Positions 56,448 through 64,000 of a DNA stretch of 64,000 nucleotides are shown one piece after another; position 1 is the first letter of the stretch, and each line of letters starts with the position of its first letter. This stretch comes from Gammaproteobacteria bacterium (GTDB lineage: Bacteria > Pseudomonadota > Gammaproteobacteria > Methylococcales > Methylomonadaceae): the NCBI GenBank assembly GCA_024277935.1, contig JAJRUF010000190.1, positions 495 to 64,494 of the forward strand, given 5' to 3'. Both the position numbers and the translations under genes were made by a program. The notes beneath the pieces were generated by a model. It made no database searches and was not told the origin of the DNA. It was given only the letters and a program-made list of their open reading frames with translations.

Positions 56448-56672
56448 TAAACTAGTACAGCAGAATCATTTTGTAGGGTGGGCAGTCTTTTTTGCCCACC
56501 GTTGCATAATTCAATTTATTGCGAGGCAGAAAAAGGCTGTCCGAGAAGCATCTTCGTCATAGCAACATCAAACTGTGTCATATCACACAAAGTCATGGCA
56601 TATAACACAAAAACTTGTTCCACCTCACACTTTAATATAAAAAAACCACCAGTAATAGACCTTTAACTTTAT

Positions 56673-56688
56673 TGGCATTAAATATGCT
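56673..56688 (+). promoter_or_regulatory. Sigma-54 (-24/-12) promoter
   Basis: TGGCATTAAATATGCT with exact spacing, upstream of the riboswitch. Confidence 0.75.
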
Positions 56689-56753
56689 TATCTAAATATG
56701 ATTTATTTTTAAACTGTGCTTTAGTATCGAATCAACGTATTTAGCAAAGGTTT

Positions 56754-56833
56754 AAGAGTTGTCAGTACCACACTCGTAGCAATGCGAGACCGGAAAGCCG
56801 TGGAGCTCATTGAGTTAGCCAGGCTACTCTCTT
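56754..56833 (+). ncRNA. GEMM-I (c-di-GMP-I family) riboswitch with A at position 20
   Basis: P2 CC-ACA-CT-CGTA-GCAA-TGCG-AG-ACC-GG; AAA junction; P3 GCC-GTGG-AGCTC-ATT-GAGTT-AGCCA-GGC; then TAC. Aligns by eye with the Vc2 aptamer. Confidence 0.78.
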
Positions 56834-57007
56834 TTATCGAAGAGATGAGTGGGAAGCAAATCATTTTCGAAGTTGAATAGGCTTCCCACAAAACCACTTT
56901 ATTACATTTGAATATTTCTGCTGGCATTAAATATTGCCGGAACAAATGTTTTAAAACGTTACAACACCCTATTGGATTTAGCAATTAATTTTGAGGTTTA
57001 AAACATA

Positions 57008-57835
57008 ATGAAACAACTTTCTACAACATTTAAAGTATCACTGGCAGCTGCAGCTCTTGTAATAAGCAGTAATGCAATGGCTGGTCTCGTTTCTCCAACA
57101 CCTGGAGCTAATTGGGACGGCGGTAATAATCATTTAATGATGGCCGGTTCCACTATTTCTGCATCAAATCAAACAGCAAATCGGGAGTCTTATACTGGCA
57201 ATCCAAGTCTTGATAATGCCGCTTGGGGGCACGTAGGCTATTGGTATACTTTTATGAACCATCACGCCTTGGATACCACAGTTTCGGTTGATTCAGCTAT
57301 GTCAGATCTTGGTATGACAGTATGGCGCACTAACGGGGAGTTTGATGGCGGCACCCAGTCTTCAGGTGAACTATCATCAGCAGGAGTAGGCATACCTCAC
57401 TCATTTAATCAGACGGGAAATGCGGGTGACTCTGGCACCAAATGGATGACAGATAGCTCATTAATGACAGCTGATCCATTAAATACAGGTACAGCCAACG
57501 GTATCCTTGAAACCTTAGGTTATGTCAACTCGGGGGCTGCACAGTCAATAAATGGTTGGGGCAACTCTGTTGGTCACGGTGCATTTGATACCAGTTTAAC
57601 TAACACCTATGAAACTGGCGTTACAGGTACTGCAACTGCTGGACATATTGACCTAACTTTATCAAACCTTGCTAATGGCTGGTACGTAGTCTTTATCGGT
57701 GGAACTAATCACACTCAATCTTCGCACAATATTAATTTAACCGTATCGCAAGTACCTGCACCTGCAGCAGTCTATTTATTTGGAAGCGCTTTAGTAGGGT
57801 TAATATCTGTAGGGCGCAAACGAAACGCGGCTTAA
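57008..57835 (+). CDS. VPLPA/PEP-CTERM surface protein, CorA/MopE-like candidate copper-binding protein
   Basis: Signal peptide; AAWGHVGYW (W73-x-H75); PH131SFNQ; GWYVVFIGG; tail VPAPAAVYLFGSALVGLISVGRKR. Confidence 0.8.
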   Translation: MKQLSTTFKVSLAAAALVISSNAMAGLVSPTPGANWDGGNNHLMMAGSTISASNQTANRESYTGNPSLDNAAWGHVGYWYTFMNHHALDTTVSVDSAMSDLGMTVWRTNGEFDGGTQSSGELSSAGVGIPHSFNQTGNAGDSGTKWMTDSSLMTADPLNTGTANGILETLGYVNSGAAQSINGWGNSVGHGAFDTSLTNTYETGVTGTATAGHIDLTLSNLANGWYVVFIGGTNHTQSSHNINLTVSQVPAPAAVYLFGSALVGLISVGRKRNAA

Positions 57836-58052
57836 TTTATTTATCAGATCAGGATCTATTCACAAATTAAGCTGAGTAGATTCTGATTCTCCTTAACCAC
57901 CACTCACCTGAAACTCGGTAAAATACATACAACTCCTTACCTCGGAGTCATCCATTCTACCTTTTAAAAGTACGACACTAGGAATGGATAGCCTAGATTA
58001 TTATAGTAATAGCGTGTGTTTTTTAGAGACATCACTATCCTTGGAGTTATAA

Positions 58053-60272
58053 ATGTTTGTTCACTCTAAATTTAATTTTTTACCCTTTTCGCTACTAGCA
58101 CTCTTCCTGCTACAAGTTAATAGTGCAGTAGAAGCCGCTGCACCAGGCCCTATCCCTATCAATTTAAGCACCCTACCTGTACCACCCACCCCCGGCTTAA
58201 GCAACGGATCAGATCCAATTGTTATTGATCTACAAAAAGCCATTATTCTTGGTAAAGCTTTATTTTGGGATACTAATGTAGGCAGTGATGGTATGGCTTG
58301 TGCTTCTTGTCATTTTCATGCAGGTGCAGATGTAAGAGTTAAAAACCAAATATCCCCAGGAGGAAAGTCAACACCGCCTCAAGCACAGTTATTTGATAAT
58401 TCCACTTCAGGCGACTTAATTAATGCCAACCATATTTTAAAAAAATCAGACTTCCCTTTTTACCAACTCCAGCAACCACTGGACCCTAACTCTCCCACCA
58501 TTCATAACAGTGATGATGTGGTTTCATCTGCTGGCTCATTCGGCGGTCAATTTAAGGGTATAGATCTTTACGGTAGCAATGTGGATGATTGTCTAAGAAA
58601 CGCTGATCCAGTATTTCATGTTGGTAGTACAGGCACTCGTCGAGTGCAACCTAGAAACACTCCAACAGTTATTAACGCGGTCTTTAATTATCGTAATTTT
58701 TGGGATGGCCGAGCAAACAATATTTTTAATGGAAGTAGCCCTTGGGGTGATCGTGATACAAATGCGGGTATCTGGGTTAAAATCAATGGCCGTAGAGTTA
58801 TTAAAAAATCATTACACTTAATTAATTCATCCTTAGCATCACAAGCACTTGCGCCGCCCCTTAACAGCACAGAAATGAGTTGTGCGGGTCGAGTTTTTCC
58901 TGCTCTAGGCAGGAAGTTATTACAAAAAACACCATTACAGCAGCAGAAAGTAGATTTTCAAGACAGTGTTTTAGGTAGCTTAAGCAATAGCTCAGCAGGT
59001 GATATACAGCCTGGGTTAAATACAACGTATGGTGCGTTAATCCGCGCTGCTTTCAATAGAAAATATTGGTCTTATCGTCGTCGCGGCCCTTTTGGCTCAG
59101 CTCCCAACCAACTTCCTTATACTCAGATGGAAGCTAATTTTTCAATGTTTTTTGGTTTGGCTATTCAGTTATACGAAAGTACCTTAATTTCTGATCAATC
59201 ACGTTTTGACCTAAGTGCACGCGATGAAACAGGAATGCCAACTCAATTAACTGCATCAGAAATGAATGGCTTAGAACAGTTCCGGCTGAATCAGTGCGCC
59301 CTTTGCCATATTGGTCCTAATTTTACCGCTACATCAATTGCTGCAAATGCGGCTATTGCAAAGACACACCCTGAAGCTTTTGGTGATGCTTCCAGCTCCA
59401 TCAGTACAAGCAGCAATGTTGTAAACCGTATTTTAACAGCGCGTTCAGTAGCCATGTTCGACAGTGGTTTTGCTTCAACTGGAGTTACCGAAACCACTTC
59501 TGATATAGGTGTTGGAGGCACAGATCCTTTCGGCAATCCTTTATCATTTTCATTACAATATATACAACACCTCACCGGTAACAATACTGCAGTTGTTGAC
59601 GCTGATGTTTTTAATGTCCGCTCATGTGATTTCCAGGAAGCATTTGCTGTCAATGTAACTTTTCCATTCCCTATCACCAAATTTTTTACCGCTGCCGATG
59701 ATTTAATCCCTCAGCCTCAAAATACAATTGACTGCTATTTACAAGTAAACAGTGCATTTTTACCCTCTCCCTCTACGGCCTTGGCTGAATTAAATAAGCC
59801 TAATAGTTTAAAGCTAACTACGGCTGTAAACGGTGCGTTCAAAATACCTTCTTTACGAAATATTGAGCTAACAGGTCCCTATATGCATAATGGTGGCTTG
59901 GCATCACTGGAACAAGTTATTGAGTTTTATGCCCGAGGTGGAAATTTTAACCCTCCAGCTAAGCAGTCAGTGAAAGTATTTCCACTGGCGCTTTTAACAT
60001 CTGATACGGCTGCTGCACAAAACCGTGCCGACTTGATTGCTTTTTTAAAGACCTTAACTGACGAACGAGTCAAATATGAAAAAGCACCCTTTGACCACCC
60101 AGAAATCAAGATTCCCCACGGCCATGTAGGAGACGAATTTTCAGTAGTCAATGGAAACCCAATTGCAGCTGCTAGTGATTTAGCTGAGGATGAGTTCATA
60201 ACAATCAATGCCGTGGGTGCGTCTGGACGTTCAACACCGTTAAAAGCCTTTGATAGTCTGTTAGCTCCTTAG
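58053..60272 (+). CDS. Secreted di-heme cytochrome c peroxidase, MauG/CorB (SACCP)-like, paralog 2
   Basis: Signal peptide; CASCH and CALCH; NFWDGRA; FKIPSLRNIELTGPYMHNGG; EFYARGG; APFDHP. Confidence 0.88.
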   Translation: MFVHSKFNFLPFSLLALFLLQVNSAVEAAAPGPIPINLSTLPVPPTPGLSNGSDPIVIDLQKAIILGKALFWDTNVGSDGMACASCHFHAGADVRVKNQISPGGKSTPPQAQLFDNSTSGDLINANHILKKSDFPFYQLQQPLDPNSPTIHNSDDVVSSAGSFGGQFKGIDLYGSNVDDCLRNADPVFHVGSTGTRRVQPRNTPTVINAVFNYRNFWDGRANNIFNGSSPWGDRDTNAGIWVKINGRRVIKKSLHLINSSLASQALAPPLNSTEMSCAGRVFPALGRKLLQKTPLQQQKVDFQDSVLGSLSNSSAGDIQPGLNTTYGALIRAAFNRKYWSYRRRGPFGSAPNQLPYTQMEANFSMFFGLAIQLYESTLISDQSRFDLSARDETGMPTQLTASEMNGLEQFRLNQCALCHIGPNFTATSIAANAAIAKTHPEAFGDASSSISTSSNVVNRILTARSVAMFDSGFASTGVTETTSDIGVGGTDPFGNPLSFSLQYIQHLTGNNTAVVDADVFNVRSCDFQEAFAVNVTFPFPITKFFTAADDLIPQPQNTIDCYLQVNSAFLPSPSTALAELNKPNSLKLTTAVNGAFKIPSLRNIELTGPYMHNGGLASLEQVIEFYARGGNFNPPAKQSVKVFPLALLTSDTAAAQNRADLIAFLKTLTDERVKYEKAPFDHPEIKIPHGHVGDEFSVVNGNPIAAASDLAEDEFITINAVGASGRSTPLKAFDSLLAP

Positions 60273-60446
60273 GATTAAACCTCCTCCTTATGCACTTAGA
60301 GAGAGGGTGAGGATAAATAAAATCAACTATAGAAGCTGACTTTTTATATAGAGAGGCGATCTTAAATGTTAGTTCTTGGACAGTCTTTTAGCTGTTATAA
60401 TGCAGAGGCTATAAGCATATTATACGAATTTAAGTCTAACCAATAC

Positions 60447-61373
60447 ATGCCTCTCTCTCTTTATCAATTTCCTTTTCAAGCAATGGGTTCAACTTGTAAT
60501 ATACAGTTATATGCCAATAATAAACCCAACGCTCAAAATATTGCTGATTTAGTTGTGAGTGATGTCCGTCGAATTGAACAAAAATATTCACGCTATAGAA
60601 ATGATAGTGTTTTAACTGCAATTAATAATATTGCAGAGAGTGCAGGATCAATTCAAATTGATGAAGAAACATTAGCATTACTTAAATATGCTGATACTTG
60701 CTATCAACAAAGTGACGGGCTATTTGACATAACATCAGGTGTTTTAAGAGAAGTTTGGGATTTTAAAACGGGTAAAATCCCAAAGAATAAAGAAATTAAA
60801 GGAATTTTGCCAAAGATAGGGTGGAATAAACTCAGTATTATAGGTACCTCACTAAGTTTTTCAGTAAAAGGAATGCAGCTGGATTTTGGAGGTATTGGTA
60901 AAGAATATGCAGTTGATAGAGCTGCTACTATTTGTCAGCAACACGGCCTTCAACATGGATTAATAGATCTGGGTGGGGATATTAAAGTTATTGGTCCTCA
61001 TGCTGATGGCAGACCATGGTCAGTTGGTATTCGCCACCCTCAAAAGCCAGGTGAATTAATGTCCAGTATAAATGTGTCTCGTGGAGCTGTTGCCAGTAGT
61101 GGAGATTATGAAAAGTGTATTATTCTTAATGGGAAAAGGTATAGTCATGTACTGAATCCAAAAACAGGCTGGCCAGTAAGGGGCTTATCTTCTATTACTG
61201 TTATTGCAGAGCAGTGTGTTATTGCAGGAAGTATAACAACTATATCAATGTTAAAAGAAACTAAAGGTAAGCGTTGGCTTAAGGGGCTCGGCTTGTCCTA
61301 TCTATGGATGGATCAGCAGGGGAAGGTTGGTAGTAGTTTAAATAAACATGGTTATATACAAACTACAGCTTAA
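60447..61373 (+). CDS. apbE: FAD:protein FMN transferase ApbE
   Basis: AMGS, FDITSG, LDFGGIGKEYAVD, DLGGD, ASSGDYE and HVLNPKTG motifs; start codon uncertain (60366 or 60447). Confidence 0.93.
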   Translation: MPLSLYQFPFQAMGSTCNIQLYANNKPNAQNIADLVVSDVRRIEQKYSRYRNDSVLTAINNIAESAGSIQIDEETLALLKYADTCYQQSDGLFDITSGVLREVWDFKTGKIPKNKEIKGILPKIGWNKLSIIGTSLSFSVKGMQLDFGGIGKEYAVDRAATICQQHGLQHGLIDLGGDIKVIGPHADGRPWSVGIRHPQKPGELMSSINVSRGAVASSGDYEKCIILNGKRYSHVLNPKTGWPVRGLSSITVIAEQCVIAGSITTISMLKETKGKRWLKGLGLSYLWMDQQGKVGSSLNKHGYIQTTA

Positions 61374-61514
61374 TTTGGTAGTGGGTTAAATCTGTAGTTT
61401 TAACAAATTCATTCTCATTAATAACAGATTTTTTGGGCGCAGGCTTTAGCCTGCGCCCAAAAAATGGATAAATTGTTAAAATAGCCTTATCAACAGATTT
61501 TACCCATCACCAAA
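61374..61514. mobile_element. MITE-like element with an internal REP palindrome
   Basis: TTTGGTAGTGGGTTAAATCTGT ... ACAGATTTTACCCATCACCAAA; internal GGGCGCAGGCTTTAGCCTGCGCCC. Confidence 0.6.
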
Positions 61515-61546
61515 ATAAGCTCCGAAACATGAAGTATCCTACTTAG

Positions 61547-62050
61547 TTAATTAACGGTTAAAGTAATAACAGCCCCATCATTATTAACATCCCAGCTTAA
61601 CCCTGTGGGTAGTTTAGGTAAATTATAAGGGGGGGATCTAGTCCAAAAAATGTAATTAAATTAGCACTTACTATTTCAAAACTATCTCCTTGTTGGGCAA
61701 TATAACCTTCGCGTAGAATCACATTAAGATTCCAATGATTTAAATATAGCTCTCCATTAATATGTAAATGATCATACCGTGTTGCTCCTGCTAACTCAAT
61801 ATCTGTTGAGCAACCAATACATAAAAAATACCCATCAAAAAATTGATTAAAATATTCACTGTAAAACTGCTTCGGAGTTATTGATAGTCTGCCTATGGGG
61901 TATCCAGGATATAAAGAGACTTTTTCGAATAAAGGGCTGTTTTCTATACCTTCAATAGTTCCTTCACCACTAATAATTCCTTGGTTAATACGTATGCTAT
62001 GTGCTGCAAAATAACCATTTACTTTTAATTACCCTGCATGCTGAATATAA
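61547..62050 (-). pseudogene. C-terminal remnant of a large secreted beta-strand-rich protein
   Basis: About 160 startless codons: QHAG*LKVNG..ISGEGTI..IELAGATRYDHLHING..GDSFEIV, then after a frameshift LPKLPTGLSWDV..ITLTVN*. Confidence 0.65.
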
Positions 62051-62098
62051 CAGGCTTTACGCGTTGCTGTTTCAGCTCGACTAGCAAAGTTACAATTG

Positions 62099-62890
62099 TA
62101 GAAGTTACGCATTGACGACAGGTTGAAATTCTGGGTTTAAATGATTCATATTTGGCATAAATGTTCCGAGAAACGAAGCAATGACATCTTTGAATAAATT
62201 CCGCTGTACGCTATAGCAATTATTAATCACTTCTGCAAAGCTCAATTTTTGTTATTGAACAAATCCACAAATTGCAGAAAAAATATGATTATTTATCGCT
62301 CCTTTACTACGAACCTGGAACCGTTCAATATTACACACCTGCTTTATTGCTCGATGATATTGATCAATCTGCCAACGCCTATTATGTTGTTAAATAAAGG
62401 CTTTATTATTAAAAGCAGATGTTTTTTCTTCACCAGGTAGTGAGCTTATATAATGGCTAATCTGGTCTTTCAAAGTCGTCCGAAATAATTTTACATACCC
62501 AAAATTTTTGAGCAAAACCATCAAGCCATCTTCTGGAGTTTCTAATTGCTTAACTTGAGCCCACGAACCTTTTTCAACGGAGACTAAGCGGTTACTTTCT
62601 AGTGCAAAGAGTAATCCTATCTGATGGTTTTTTATCAATTTAAGATTACTCACACAACTGTACCAGCTATCTCCTGTTACAAAAGCAGGCTCAAGTCCCC
62701 AAGCTAATACTTCGGTTAGCATATCTTGAAAATAGTCGTTTTTTGTCTTTCCTTCCGCCTTGTCGACCACTCGGAAATTAAGAGGTTGGTGTTTTCCTTG
62801 AATGTCTATGTAATACAAAGTGACAAGGTTGATTCCTTTAACCGTTCTGTGATGTTTTCCTGACCAAAAATGACTGACAAGTGCCATATA
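62099..62890 (-). mobile_element. IS701-family transposase remnant (5'-truncated, with stops and frameshifts)
   Basis: WSGKHHRTVKGINLVTL, KTKNDYF, GDSWYS, RWQIDQYHRAIKQVCNIERFQVR; ends ...PVVNA*. Confidence 0.88.
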
Positions 62891-62911
62891 TAGTACTCCC
62901 CATTGTCCCCG

Positions 62912-63025
62912 TTATAGAAAATGCTCCACGGGTAAATAAGGTTCCGTAGTTAATGCATGAGCCGTCAAGGAAATGTCAAATAAAAAAGGGGAAATAAGCA
63001 ACCTTAGATTGGGTAAATTATTCAT
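62912..63025 (-). pseudogene. N-terminal (signal peptide) remnant of a secreted protein
   Basis: GGAG RBS; MNNLPNLRLLISPFLFDISLTAHA-LTTEPYLPVEHFL*. Confidence 0.5.
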
Positions 63026-63138
63026 TTATTAATGCTCCATAAATAAGTAATTTAATTGATTTTCACGATATCTTTATCAATCATAATCAGTGCTTTTTGG
63101 CGGATTAAGTTAACAGCTACCATGATCGTGTTATTTAA

Positions 63139-63154
63139 TGCAACACCCATGCCA
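63139..63154 (-). promoter_or_regulatory. Sigma-54 (-24/-12) promoter
   Basis: TGGCATGGGTGTTGCA on the minus strand, ~115 bp upstream of the ATG at 63025. Confidence 0.72.
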
Positions 63155-63188
63155 TAACACTCATAGAGCATATGCCTTATTTTTAAAT

Positions 63189-63266
63189 CAAAGCACTTTG
63201 CCACCTCCGCTGAAAAGCAGGCTCGGAAAGCCGTGGGGCTTCAATTAGATAACCAGTTGCCACTTT
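63189..63266 (+). ncRNA. Second GEMM-I riboswitch (G at position 20), orphaned and partly degenerate
   Basis: G-CC-ACC-TC-CGCT-GAAA-AGCA-GG-CTC-GG-AAA-GCCGTGGGGCT...AGATAACCAGTTGCC; shares CGGAAAGCCGTGG with the 56.8 kb aptamer. Confidence 0.65.
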
Positions 63267-63384
63267 AGGACCGAAGTGAACGGGGGAAATAAATTCAAGG
63301 CAAGATGCCTTAGGAAAGAAAAAGGGACAGAGACATTTTATCTCGACTATCAAAAAGGTAGGCTCTACCTTCTTTCTAAAAACT

Positions 63385-63678
63385 TTAATTAATTTTTAAT
63401 ACCGTTTTATGAACCTCATCTCTCAGTAATTTATCAGTACTATTATAAGGCACAACATCTATTTTTAAATCATATCCAGCTTTTAATAAAAAACTGATAA
63501 ACCGTATTTTATACTTTTTGAACTGTTCAGGAGAAATCTCAATATCAACAGCTATATCAATATCTCCACCTTTTTTAGAATCATCTATTCGACTGCCAAA
63601 CAGATAAATATCAACACAACCAAAGCTATTTAATATTCCGTTCTTAATCTGCTGTTTTAACCGGTTAGCTAAGCGCAT
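63385..63678 (-). CDS. Minimal nucleotidyltransferase (MNT) antitoxin
   Basis: YLFGSR..GGDIDI and KIDVV motifs; the ATG overlaps the end of the HEPN gene. Confidence 0.88.
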   Translation of the reverse strand: MRLANRLKQQIKNGILNSFGCVDIYLFGSRIDDSKKGGDIDIAVDIEISPEQFKKYKIRFISFLLKAGYDLKIDVVPYNSTDKLLRDEVHKTVLKIN

Positions 63679-64000
63679 GAACATATTTCCTGGCAAATTT
63701 TAATGCATTTAAGTAGTAACTTTCTATTTTAGTAAAGCTATCAATACAAAACTTTAAATCTTTTAGTGCATCGGTTATATTTTCAGGGTAATCATGTTCT
63801 AGGTCATGTCTTATTTCCCTTAACTTAACTCAACTCAATTATCTAAGCTATCTATAATTTCTTCTTTTTCTATTGCATACAAAACTTCACTCATTTTTCC
63901 AGACCCTATACCAGAAACATCCAGTAATAATGAAAAAATCTTAGCGCCTAAAAAATCTTGTACTGAAGAAAACTGCTTTAAATAGGCATCTAAAATTGCC
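63665..64000 (-). pseudogene. HEPN-domain partner of the MNT, with an in-frame TGA; continues beyond the window
   Basis: LDAYLKQFSSVQD..EKEEIIDSLDN*VELREIRHDLEHDYP (Rx4H motif). Confidence 0.75.

Noticed and set aside
31532..56500. CRISPR array
   Set aside because: The repeats are dispersed inverted doublets, not regularly spaced direct repeats with unique spacers, and there are no cas genes.
56922..56937. Additional sigma-54 box TGGCATTAAATATTGC
   Set aside because: GG-to-GC spacing is one base too long; it is better explained as part of a leader hairpin.
52713..60272. Methanobactin (mbn) or methylamine dehydrogenase (mau) cluster
   Set aside because: There are no mbnABC, TonB-dependent receptor, MbnP-type WxW partner or mauAB genes. 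The peroxidases are much longer than MauG and flanked by CTERM proteins.

Overview
This 64 kb, AT-rich gammaproteobacterial window is most likely from a Methylococcales-type methanotroph; that assignment is inferred from gene families, not proven. 1-16.2 kb: a complete dcw cluster on the minus strand (mraZ to ftsA), followed by the RNase P RNA. 17-41 kb: housekeeping and signalling genes, including the rsmI-lpoA-yraN-diaA-dolP block, trhP, ispH, xseA, YcgR and an HDOD-GGDEF protein. 41-63 kb: an accessory cell-surface redox island and the most interesting part of the window. It holds exosortase D with a TPR lipoprotein and a WecA-like transferase, a TlpA-DUF4266-DUF3570 module with ApbE, and four VPLPA-CTERM surface-protein genes (one a fragment). 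It also holds two paralogous ~740-aa MauG/CorB-type di-heme peroxidases, four sigma-54 promoters and two GEMM-I riboswitch variants. One riboswitch has A at the ligand-selecting position 20 (the cGAMP-type signature) and sits upstream of a CorA/MopE-like WxH protein plus peroxidase pair. Best hypothesis: an exosortase-anchored, peroxidase-matured (Trp to kynurenine) copper-capture system coupled to a flavinylated His/Met-rich outer-membrane protein, under cyclic-dinucleotide control. Several single-base deletions in essential genes point to assembly errors. Intergenic DNA is rich in nested REP and MITE elements.
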